Below, in pieces: positions 12,678-25,800 of a stretch of 64,000 bases of DNA. Made by a program: the position numbers and the translations under genes. Source of the DNA: Mizuhopecten yessoensis (taxonomy: Eukaryota). The stretch is taken from contig NW_018404492.1 of the NCBI RefSeq assembly GCF_002113885.1, positions 7,111,255-7,175,254 on the forward strand, written 5' to 3'. Positions within the stretch are counted from its first letter, which is position 1. Each line of letters begins with the position of its first letter. Below the pieces are notes generated by a model. That model searched no databases. It saw only the letters and a list, made by a program, of their open reading frames with translations, and had not been told where the DNA came from.

Positions 12678-15600
12678 ATAATGAACACTGCTCTATTTAT
12701 CATATGTGTCATTGTGCTAAAATATCCGATATGCACCAATGTAAAACATGGTTTTCTAAGCCTTAATTACAAAACGAACACTACGAAATGATTAACATTA
12801 TGTAACATCACTGCGGCATGTTTAAATAATGCATGTTTTCTATAACGAGAGAGTATTAGGCTTTCAGCGACCGGCCTATATCGGGGCATTTTGTCTAAAG
12901 CATGAAGTCATTGGAAACCTCATGTCGTCGGCGCGCTGACAGGCTTTCAGATTCCTGTACAGATATGTAAATTAACTCCAATATTTATTATGCAGCACTG
13001 ATTGAAATTTCATTTTTAATACAATTTTCATCCGTTTTGTAGTTGAATTCAAGCTAACGTTATGACCGAATTAAATATTTTATTACTTTTTGCAGTCAAT
13101 CAAAAATGTCAAGCTCCAGTGCTTGCTAGCTCTAATCGTAAGGAATTAATTTTGTCGTCAGAACAACGCGCGTTTAGAGAAAATGATAGTAAATTGTTAT
13201 AATTCCAAGAAATGAAGCAAATGTTTGACAACATCCTTTTATATTCCTTATTCCTTGCGTACCAAAATAAAAAGCGAATAGATCAATCTGTTGGGTATAC
13301 GATCGTTGATCAGACAGAGAGCCATTAATTTGTACGATGTATATATATATATATGTATTTAGTGATTATCATCCGTCTTATTCCTAGACTCTCGAGTAGC
13401 CTGTACACGTAAAAGCCCATTCATAATACGCACACGGAAACATTACGCTTAATGTTTAAAACGATTTGTTGTGTTAAGACTCCAGCAATAGCGACAACAC
13501 TCTTTTACGTTGAGATCGTCAACGCACTCTTTACAAGAAGGATATCTGTCATTTTCTTTGTCGCACTGGTTGTTCAGTGATGCTGAAAAGCTTGTGTTTT
13601 TATTCAGTTTTTGTTAGGAGCAATTGCAAAGTACATATGTACCAGTGAAACCTGGTGAAACTTTAACACAAAATGAGAATTCGGGATTGGGATACAGATA
13701 CTGAAAATGAAAGCCTTCATCAATCAGCCGCTGTTGCTTTATAGAATTTTCCGTCCTAGTTCTGATTGACACTGCTGGGATCAGATTCAATATTTCATTT
13801 AAATGTTTATTTTTTTACTACAACAGGTGTGTTATAATATCAGGCGTTGAAACGAGTTAGAATTGTTCAATGTAAGGGATATTAACGTTAACGTTTAACT
13901 TGTGTCATATAAGAGAAGTTCAATAAGTCAAACTTTCAGAGGATTATTCTCTGATCTAGCTAAAAATGTCCTAAGTTCTTATTTAAACCAAATTCAATAT
14001 TTGCAGAATTTATAATTTCAAAATCGTATAGCAACACAAAAATTGCATCGCCGTCGTTGTTGCTAGGATACGGTTTTGATTACAAGGCAACAAGCCTTAT
14101 TTAACAACGTTGTTTTAACGATCACGTGATTACATTTTGTACAACAAAACACATCTAAAGCATTGTAAAAGCTTTTAAAGTTAATTTAGCTCAAGGAAAA
14201 CAAAAACAGTAAGCATGCCACAATCTCGGCAATGTGTCATACGTGCTGTATCTGTATACACAATGGCATTTGTGATGTGTGGGTTTACGATTGACGAGAT
14301 GTGTCGATTTATTTGTGACGAATTTGTTCCCTTAACGATACAATTTGCAATACATAATGCTTCTCCGGCCCTACTTTCATACTATTTACAAGAATGTTAT
14401 GGCTGTTTCAGGTAGAAAATTAAAAGCTTAAGCCACAACAGAGAAGGCTGTTAATGAAGCGGAAACATTGATACCGTCAAATGCAAACGGATAGCACCCT
14501 TGGTGTTCACTTAGCCCTGGAAACTAGTAATCTTACATTTGCATCTTAACCATTACTGATTTGCTTAATACTTAAGTATTTCCCTACAGATTAATTTTAG
14601 CACCAAATATTCATCAGATGACTTTTCATGTGCAGGTCTTTTAAACACAACTGAAGATGGATTTCTATGGTAAAATACAGCAGAATCATGTCGGTTATAC
14701 TGCATTTTGTATACATTGGAAGTAAGTACAAGATTAACACACATTTTTGAAAAGTATTTTTTTTATCATTTCTTCTTTCATTTTTTTTTCGTACTTCTTG
14801 TCTATGGACCATGTTTTGGGTACCTAAAGCTGCAGTCTCGGAAAACAATAATTAAATTTAAAAAAAAATAGAATGTCGTTTACCGTGAACAAAACAGTGA
14901 TTATCTAGGGCATGGCTTCGCCCCGGTTTATGTAGGGCATCGTTATTTTTTGCCCAAAGTGTTTATGGGGCTCCTTCATTTCTCGCCTCTAGTATTGTAG
15001 GACTCCTCATGTTTCGCCTCCGGTTTTACGTGGGGCTCAATCATGTATCTCCTTGGTGTCCATTTTATCGGCTTTGTGTTCGGACATGCTTGCCGTGTGT
15101 CGATATAATACTTTTTTTTCTATTTTACTTCAGAAAATTAGTTGATGAGAGCATGAGCGTCAGCGAAGATGACGTTGTACGTATCCCCGACCTGCACACG
15201 GGTTTACGTGATTGTATTTACATCTTTTGAGAACATCGTCTTGATCACATAATGATATTTAAAAACAAAATATACAGTGATTTTGGAAACATTCCTTTTA
15301 TGCCAAAAGTTCATTAGGGATAAGGGAGTATCGATCGTCCATCTTTCTTACAACACCCGCCAGCCAAATTGACAATGTGGGGATGCAATCAACTTAAAGA
15401 CAAGAAGCATGGAACAAAATGACACGGAACAGATTAAACCTGCCATGAGAGACAGCGCAGAACATTTTTCCTGCGAATATAATTTTTTATCATTAGAAAG
15501 ACTAGAACCTGGAGACAGGACTAATTTTTGAGCATGCACAAGGGATAGATGACAAAGTCTATTATTATCTCAAAACTCACATCCTGTCCAAAATGCCGAG

Positions 15601-16293
15601 AGAAATAAAGTCATCGTAGCGTTACATGATCTTCTAACACCTTTGGAATTTGAAAACGTGTCCTAAGGCTAGAATAAAACTATGTTAAAACAGTCACTGT
15701 ATCACAAGGGAGATCATACTACAGTCAATTATACAGAGAAGGTTAATCAAATACAGCCCTAAATGTCTAGCCCGCGGGAACATCATAGAACAATCGGTGC
15801 AGAAAGTATCTTTGATCAGTAGAGACATGACTGATATGGTGTATTGTGCATATATGTACATGGATAACTAGAATAATTGCACAAGATCAACTTTGAAACA
15901 TATGCAAGCCGATGTGGATTAAAAGAACCTTGCCGAACACAACAATAATATTACGAAAACTTTTGAAATATTTTCAATAACAACATGTTATGTTTTTTGG
16001 TTTTTGTTTACCGCCACACATGCTTTCAGGGCATTATAACCTGCCTAATAAGAGCAATTGTAGGGCCAGACTTGTAACGGCAATAAAACGTATGCCGACG
16101 AAGATGGCCGTCTGGATCAGGCAGTTGGAGACAAGTGTTTATTGTAATTTATAACACAAAAGGATATATATGCCTACCTTACAGTGGTCTCCAGGTCACA
16201 GCGAGCCAAGGTCAATAAGGGAGGACGTGGTCCTATGTATATCCTTTACCAATCTATATCGTGTTAATTAAACTTCAGTGTAATTAAAGAAAG

Positions 16294-16345
16294 TTTGTAG
16301 CGAAATCTTACAACGTGATTTGTAGCGAAATCTTACAACGTGAAT
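16294..16345. repeat. 26-bp tandem duplication (tttgtagcgaaatcttacaacgtga x2)
   Basis: Direct repeat visible in sequence. Confidence 0.8.
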
Positions 16346-19300
16346 TGGAGCAGGAACATTGGAATCCCGACACGTTTAATACGGTGAAAAAGACTGGGAG
16401 GAAACAAGAGGAGGGGATTTTTTTAATTATCAACATATAAACTGCTGTTGTGCCCATTATAATTTGTACATTTTCGCATCGAACATGTAAATTATCGTAA
16501 ATCTGTATTAAATGTGGAAAGAAATTGTCACCTGGGACTTGAATGTTGGCGCCATGGCATCATTAGAAGCTTTTAGTTAAAATGTGTTCTTCTTTGATTC
16601 ACTGCGCCTTTTAAAGTTCACAAACGTTAACGACATTTTTATTTGCCCTTCAATGGGATCCCGTGTCTGTACGACTCTTCCGGGATATTTTGAAATTGAA
16701 AACACAGAGCTTTGAATGTCCGTTCCTCTCTGTAAAGGTATCACAATACACACGACTTAAGGAGGCCGTCTAGACACAATAAATAACCCAGTCGTAATAT
16801 TACCGGATTATAGGCTGTGTGCCACTAGATGTCGCCATATGCAATTGATTATAAGCAAACATCTTTCCGCTAGCCTGTTTAGAATATTTACCGGTGATGT
16901 ATTCTTTCAATGACCCGCGGTTTATGTATGTACAAATACAACGCAATATCTTATACATGATGGTTTGCTATTATTGACATTTACATCACGACTGTCAGTA
17001 AACCTACCGGATGACAAAGTTCCAATAAATCATCAGGTCGAAAGGTCATCTTAATCAAACACATTTACGCTTTGAAAAGGTTGAATGTTATTCCAAGTAT
17101 AGTTCCCTCTCCTGAATCACACAGCGCCGTATGGGAAAGGGTGAACAGTTCAAATTGGTATAATTCCAACATATCGAGCTCCGTAACAGATCGGAACTGT
17201 ATCGCATGATCTTGTGAGCTGACTCAGATTATTTGTGAAAGCTATATGCTGTTTGACAGAGAAAAGGTTAAAGATGCTGCTGAGGAACGGTATCCGGAAC
17301 CGAGATTTCTCGGAATATTGGAAACGTGATTATTTAGTCCAAACAAATCGGTCCAGAAGGAGCTTTGGAAAGGCTTCATTTAAACTCATAAAATATACAT
17401 CTTTATATCTGTCAAACTGGCTAGATTTTCTTTTAATAATTCAATGAAAAACAGATTTCAGATTTAGTACAAAATGTGTATGTTAGATCATATTTTATGT
17501 GCTGTACTGCGCTTGATGGCAACGTATTACGGATATCCGTCCATAGATTTACTCAGAGACTTCCGGTAGCGATCCCGGTCTACCGCTTATCGAAGCACGT
17601 GTATTTCTATACCATGTTGGCAAGAGAACCTATCAAATGAACATAGTCATATGATAGGAAGCCATTCACAACCTCGACTTGAGTCACGACTCTCGGGACT
17701 TCGCTATCAAATAAACATAAATCGGAACCCATACATCCGCTTCCTGTCTCACCCGTGAAACGTACGGCAGCGAGGCTCGTGGACCCTTAATGCATTGTTT
17801 GTCAGACTTATCTTACTGGAGCCGTGCAAGGGATTCTCGTTCACTGTTCTTGGTTCGAAGATTTAAGCAGATACAGGGTTTTTATCACGACCTGCAGTTG
17901 GAGTTTGAGAACCAGTGTACTTTAGTTCGCCCAAGTGTTCGGAGTCAGAATCGATGGTAATACTCGGTGTGGATCGCTGTATTTTATGTAGAGAATTGTG
18001 ATCCCCAGGCAAGTAATGAGCAATATGAATTATTTACTCCACAATGTGTGTTCTGTCATAGTTACTCTTACTTTGTGTTTACCCCTGACTAGGAGAAGAC
18101 CGTAAAGTACAAGCTAATCCCTGCCGAGCTTAAATGTATAATGCCACACCAGACCACGGAGCTAGAGTGTATAATAAAACTAGTGATATCGAAGTCAGAT
18201 CCATGGTTTCTTCATCAAGTTAGTAAATGACTTTAAAGAAGATGCAAATATCGAAATGAAAGCAAAACTGTTTTCTCTATATTTATTTTACCTGAAATCG
18301 ATAATTTCACTTCACTTCAATATCTCCGAGCAAAGTAATAAATAATCTTAGGGGACATAAACTCGAAGTTTTCTTACTGTACGTTTGTGTCTGGCGAAGT
18401 CCTCACCTCAAACCAGGAATCGTCATCAGAATGACACCACCAAATGGACATGTTCCCCGATCGATCCTAGCCAAGGGCGTATATGCCACTGCCTTATGGT
18501 TACGTGGGTCTCAGTAATTCGGTTCTGTCTCGCCAACGGGGACATTATGACCCCTGACCGCGGTCCCGTGCCTCTGTCACATCCAATCAACATTCCAATC
18601 TACACGTCATCTGCATTGGTCAGGTTTAGCGGCATTTCCGTCTTTCCTCCAAATCATTCCGGTATCCCCGTCCTGTCACACTTCATTTCAATATATGTCT
18701 GATTTAAAGTTTTGGGAAAATATTCTACAAAACCCCGACGTAAAGCGGAAGACAAATCTCAAAGAGATAACACATTTGGTTGTTAAATCCTCCTCTCCCA
18801 ACCGACTAAAAAAATTGCAGACTTGCGAAAGGCGGTAACCTTGGACATCGACATAATTTTTATACAATGCATCTTTTTTGCAAGCGCGAAGGAAATTCAT
18901 ATACAATTTCTCGGCAAATTATCTTTAATTTGATACAGAAGTCGTCTATCAATACCTCTAGGATAGCTACCCTAACAATAATGCACTTAGCCGCTTACCT
19001 ACGTGTTAAACGTCATTTAGGCATACTTACAGTTTTCATCTCTGCTCAGTAAAGTACAAAAACCACAACAATCACGAAATTTTACCCTCTCAATTTTTCT
19101 GACTTCTCAGAGAAATTAATTTCTAAGAATTGTCGTTATGATAAAATTTGTCATATGTTTCCTTAAAAAGCGACCCAGTTACATTGATGTCTGTGATAGT
19201 AATGGTGTACACGTCGCGCAGTTTCATGCTTGGCATTTAACATAAACCTGTTAAGCAATGTGTTACATATAAAAAAAACATTGAATTAGTAAACGGATGA

Positions 19301-20857
19301 AATTGAAAAATGTTTGAGTTACATCTTGTCTTTATCAGGCGGTCTGCATAGACAGCGAATAGGTACGTCGTTTTTATAGTGATTCTATTGTATATTTGTG
19401 TATTACTTGTAATAATATGTTCTATGGTCATCTTGATTAGTTTAAATTTGATTTAAAATAACCTCAAACTTTCAATGCACTTTAGAGGAGATTGACTGGC
19501 ATATTTTGCGTATGTATTGTTCATAACTTTTCAACTCAAGCAACTGTCTAAGAGAAATCAGCTGCCCTATCATCAGTTTCTTCTGAAGGCATGTCTAGTA
19601 ATTGACTGTAGTGTATCAATAAATACCGTATGATAGAAAATTCAAATTGAAGGTCGCTACTTCGTGAAATTATCAGACTTATCAGATACAGTGCTACCAC
19701 ACTTATGTAAGCAGTGACCTTAACGTTCTTATTCGCTGAAAATAAATATTTTCATAGTTGCCAATTTCAAACTTTCTTGCATTCCAAAACTGAATAAAGT
19801 TTAAACATACTGGGGTTACTTATGTGTGATATGGCCTAGATCATTAAATACTTTTATCATAATAGTGTTGCCTTCTTTGGATAGAATGAAATTCATCTTC
19901 AAAATCGTATCAGTTACATATTACATAATATTTGTTTCTACGTTTAATGTCATATACCGTGCTTTATGTTCAGCTTATTGCCAAACAAGTTCATTTTTGT
20001 AATTTGCTTGCAATAATTCAAAATAATAAATGGACAAATGGTATTGTTCTACAAATTTACCCATTTCCTGGTATAAACGACCCATCGATGAAACGCGAAT
20101 CTTTCCCAAACATTGCTGACTAGTATTGCTGTCCAAAGTTACGCACGCGTTAATACTGAGAACCTTTCGATAAAGCACACATCTAAGAAGAAGTGGTTTC
20201 TTTCAAATAGAAAACATTACGGTGTGTATATACATTACTCTTCCCATATAAAACCAAAACCAATTCATTTTAATTCAATCTTTACAACAAGGCTTCATTA
20301 TACAATTTTATTTACTTGCAAGTTTGAACGAATATTCGAAATTTTTTAACCCAAGCATTACACACGATGGTCATGTAAACGTTTACAGCGATTCAGTTCA
20401 TCTTTTTACAATATCATAATAATTTTATCATTACGTCACCAAATTATTCAGATTTACCATTAACTTCGATCGCATTACTTTGCGAATGCATCGATTTAAA
20501 GATGTGCAAAAAGAGCACTAAAACAGAAATGCTCAAAAATAAATTCGTTCAAAATTAGAAACGCGTCAAAATAGACACATTTAGACATGTTCTGCTCAAA
20601 TAAGACACGCTTACAAACGAAACCGCCCAAAAATAAATACTTTCAAAAATAACCTGACAAATTCATTGTGATCAACGTTCATTTAATTTTAAGAATAGAG
20701 GAAATCCCTCGAACAATTGCTACTTTTTATTAACAGCATCACTACAATTCCAGAATAAAACAAGCTTTTACCCGTACCGGTAAAGGGTTAAAATGTCTTA
20801 AACTGAAACTATTCAAAAATAGTTACATTCAAGCTTAAAATACATGTACATTCAATT

Positions 20858-20950
20858 AATAATAGTAATAATAATAACTCAAGGTTCCTATATAGCGCTT
20901 TTTCACAACCTAGTTCGTAGGTTGGTCCAAAGCGGTTCACATATTATTAT
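20858..20950 (-). mobile_element. L2-type 3' tail of a 5'-truncated SINE/LINE
   Basis: Minus strand reads CGCTTTGG...GAAAAAGCGCTATATA followed by a (TTA)n-like tail, a stem-loop typical of L2-clade 3' ends. Confidence 0.5.
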
Positions 20951-23900
20951 CAATGGTTACATGTATATATAGATAAATTGATATACTCAAAAATAAATCA
21001 GATATCAAAAAAAACGTTTCATTTATAAATAAAATTGTTTTCTTTTTAAACTACAGAGTAAACGGATGCGTTGCAAACATTTTGGAAAGACATATTTCTA
21101 AGGTTGTAGATGAACATTATTCATCCGTGGAAATCTTCCACTAAATCGGTAATGTGACATCATTGGTCACATCTCCTTTCGTTGATATATGCCAAGCAGT
21201 CCCTTTGCATGCCATCATGGTTATATAGAAATCTTCCCTTTTTTATTCCAACAATTTCTTTTAACACGATTATGTTATCAACATCCTTAATTCGTACAAA
21301 AGATAATCAGGTCATTTTTAATATGCCGCCTTTATATACTTATGTGTGTAACTCCATTTTTTGGGATTGTGAATAAAATATCTATTCTTTTTTTTAATTT
21401 TGCTTTGCTGAATTCTAATCACCAAATCAAAAAAGAAAATTATGGAAATTCTTATTTGAATGGAATAAAAACTATTTACCTATCTATAACTATTAACACA
21501 TAGACCAACTGATATTTTTTCCTCCAAAGGAATGATTGTTGACCTCGCACACATAATTGTTTGCTTGTGGAAGTATTATTTAATTATTATATATCCGTAT
21601 GTGTCTTACTTCGGACGACCCGACACGTGCAATAATATGCGATAAATTATAATTGATGCGAAAGATAACTCTTATATTGTTTATAGTTGAGCTACATTTG
21701 TACTAGCATCAATAATGTATATGTGACTATTTGTCAGTCGACTGGTCACAGGCTCACCTTGGCAGAATTGGCTAATCAGGACAAGGTTATCGACCATCTT
21801 ATCACTCGCGTCCTATGGTCAATAAATCAATAATCACCAATTAGACAAAGAAAGTGGACAGAGCTGGCATAATTCCACTAACATACAGGGATCAAATCGG
21901 ACCCATTGACTTCATAGTGTGTCTCTGTGTCAGTCACATGGGAGGTTCTAGGATTCAAGGTATACAATGGTATTGTTTCTACAAATGCCTAGACACACGT
22001 ATATTACTAGAATCAGTCCCCCCTTTGCGGTATAGACAGAAAAATCTTAAACCTAGGGTAAGGTCTTAGCAGTATAGCACGAAGTTATGTTAAATCTTAA
22101 CCCGAGGGTTAAAAGTTATGATCAAATATAAAATATTTATGATTGTTTATGGCATTTAAAAAAAAAAACGTTTTCTATTCCGAATGCATTTGTATATATA
22201 AAATGAAACTGACCATGTATACTTCACAAATAAAAATTAAAAAAACATACAAAATAAGCATAAATTTGTGCTTTTTGATTTTATTCCTTTGATGTTGAGG
22301 AAAATCGAGGAAAATAATTCCCTATCCTAGGAACAGGGAAGTTAATTGTTCACGCTCCGATGAGATCCTTCACTCTATACATTGAAATAGTCTAGGGATA
22401 GAAAGCCAACGATCTCTTCCTCGTACAAGGCCTATAAGGAAAAGAACAGTTTCGTTAATCCCGCACCTACATAGGATAGAAGCAATGACCTATTCGGATT
22501 TTACAAACATTTTACAACATCAAGCGGTAAACAGAACGAATTTTTTGATAATGACATGATCAAATGTTCTCCATTGTGTCTTAAACACTCACAATTTAAG
22601 TGCATATCGTTTTTATTACATTTCATATCGGTATAAATGAACTGGTACCTCGGTGAGCATACGTGTACGTACAGTAGGGGATGCTAATAGGTTATGTTAG
22701 CTTGGCGACGTCACATCTCTTTTTGCTAGATAGAGGTTTCTGTCATTTACTAGTCAAGGCTTAACCTCGCTCCATTATGATGTGGTTACGTCAATTTCTA
22801 CTACCCAGTGTCATCATGAAACAACTGGGAAATAAGTCTGAAACAGCCATGAAGTCTTTAAAACGTTCAGTACGAAAATAAATACAGCACTTCTGAGACT
22901 GGTAGACCTCACAAAATGTTCCCAAGGTCGACAGTGGCCGCTTACTGACAGACCTGGATTTGGTAGCTGCGGCTAAATGACACTAAACGTTGTTGAAGTA
23001 CTGCCATGATCTACTGTCGCTTTAATCCTGTTAACGAAATACGGCAAGCAACGAGTGTTCAGGTAAGTCATACTTTGGCAAGGTTAACGTATTAACAGGG
23101 TACATACTCTATGATACAGCGACAGTATGTATACTATAGCGAGATAGTTCGTACTCTTGCATGATGTTGCACTCAAGTCACTCGATCAAGACATGCTCCC
23201 ATCGCGTCATCTGTCTATAATTAATTAGATAGGGGTTTAACGTCTCGTGTAACACCTGGGAATTAATTTCACGACGTTTCCTTCTAGGACTAAGGAAGCG
23301 AAAACCGGAATATGGATAACAGAAATGTCTCGTAAAAGTATTCTCTTTCGGTCAAACATTACTTGCATGTTGAACACGAGTTTTATTGCTGTATCTAATG
23401 ACAATATGTGATGGATAAAATGGTTAAGCATCATACAGAGTAGATAATCGATCATTGTCGTTATATATTTGTATATCTTAAATGCTACATGTATCCAATA
23501 ACACTGGTACTGGAACTGATGGAGGGTGATCGGTAATTCAGTGTCACTTAAGATTTCATTTTATAATGTTTAAATAATGATAAACCATTAACATTGATAA
23601 GCTTTTCTGACACACGTTACCAATTATAGAGCTAGAACTACTCTTTTACCAGGATATACCATTTCAGAAATAGTATCCATGAATGAAGCGTTAACACGCA
23701 AAGACAAAATTGGAACTGAGAATCGAAACGGAAAGACAATCAGGAACTGAGGTAAACAAAATCAACAGGATATAAACAGCAAGCCAACTAATTGTATAAG
23801 TAAAAGAAGGGACGGGGTCGTCAATTTCTGTCGGATGAAAACTTGCTCCGGTTTTATCATAACATATAAGGAAATATGAATATTGTATGTACACATGTAA

Positions 23901-25129
23901 CTGATGAAGTTACGACAATCCATGTTTGTTAATTTGTTTGCGGTATTATTTCATCGGAACACATTTAGTGTAAACAACATGTGCAGGTCAGAGAGATGGT
24001 TACATGTATACAGCTATTATAACTTAGACTGTAGATCAGTTAAAGCCTCTTTCAATTTTCATTTCAATTGGAGCGAAGAGTAGAAGGTAAAGCCCGAGTT
24101 TTAAGGGATCACGTGCGTCAATTATTTGTACAAACATAAAATATCTATCAGAAAGTATACCCCCATACCTTCACCGCATACAACAAAAAAATCATAAGGG
24201 GTTCATATCAGTAAATGTTGTGAACTTTACCATAAACGCTAATGGAGATAGTCGTGTATAGTTGCTATATGGTTGGTACAGCTACTAAGGTAAATGGTTA
24301 TCTTTTGCGGTGACCAACCAACCATATAGATATTTATGTATTTTTTACAGTAAGGACACAATATCAATGCATAACCCTAATAACCATAGTATTTTTAGGA
24401 GATATTTCACATACCACATCCGTGATCATTGAGTACAAACACTAGAGTACCGAGTCGCCCAGGTATTTCATATAACAAACAAATATTGCAAGACTTCTCG
24501 GAAGTCAACATTTGGCTTCAATTCCAAACTTCAATATTAAATCCCCCATATCCATGTAAGCTTTGTCTACCTTTCCATAATAATTAACAATTACGCCGCC
24601 ATCACCAATCCACGCTTCGTCTACTTCTCCATAAGCTATCAACCAAGGATGCTCCTCATAAGGCTAATTCCCGGTACATTAACACCTCTAACCGTTTCCG
24701 TGGTAATTACATTTCCTTAGAAACGCCAAGTGTTTCTGGTGCTTGATGTCGGTATAATTAATAAACGTTATCGTCACAGCTCTGGCAAAGATTGGGGCTC
24801 TTGACAAATTATTGAAATGATACGTACCATCGGAAGGTTTACCTTTAAAAACATCGACAACGGCGACACGGCCGTGATTATTTCGTTATCAAATCATCTA
24901 AAGTGCATCGAATAATCCCCGGCACGTAAGGTAATTACAGTAGAGAAAAAAATGCCAGTTCTTTACGGAAGAAATGCTCAGTTCATTAAAGAAACAGCAA
25001 ATTACGTGTACAGTAAATTAAGATTGTCTTGGGTTTGAGACAGGTACTCCATTTGAAGGTTACCAAATGACACGGGAGGTCTCTATAGATCGAGGCAGCC
25101 GCCATAGGTTGTGAAAGTGTTGACACGCC

Positions 25130-25800
25130 GTCATAGTTCAGGACAAACCGGGTCATATCGTCATAGGTCAATACACGCAGGAGTATACCGCCATAAGCTA
25201 GGAAAAGTCGGGCCAGACCGGCAAAAGACAAGTGAAATAAAAATATATAAAACAATAACAGATTAAAGCGTCAACATACAAAGGTAAGATCCGAGGTCAA
25301 ATGCAGTAGGTCATTTACAGGAAAAGTCGATAAGACAGCAAAAAAAGAGAATACATCATGAACCCTCTTACAATCCTTCATACACATAGGCCATGGCAAG
25401 CCAAAACGAATTGACAAATACATGTACATACCTGGTGATGTACATTTACGTACGGGCAAAAAGAAAAGGTGTAACGGACAGCATAAGGTCAGGATAAGCC
25501 AGGAATGACCACAAGAGGTCAAGAGATGCCGAGAATGATTGCCATAGGACAGCTGCTTCAGACAGCTAGAGGTCAGGATAAGCAGGTTGGGACAGACCAA
25601 AATATGTCACGAGATTTCGGTCAGGATACAATTTGTCAGGACAAGCTAGGACAGGCGGTCAAAGGTCAGGACAAACTAGGACAGACCACCATACGTCAAG
25701 GCTAGACGGGTAAGACCGCAAACGTTCGAGATAATCTGAAAACAACTATAAAGTTTATGAAAAGCCTGGAGAGACAACGAGAGATATCGTGACAGACCAA
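25130..25800 (+). repeat. Decayed ~30-bp tandem array rich in AGGTCAGGAYAAGC
   Basis: Recurring aggtcaggataagc / gtcaggacaagc / aggtcaggacaaac, with seven AGGTCA on one strand. Confidence 0.5.
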
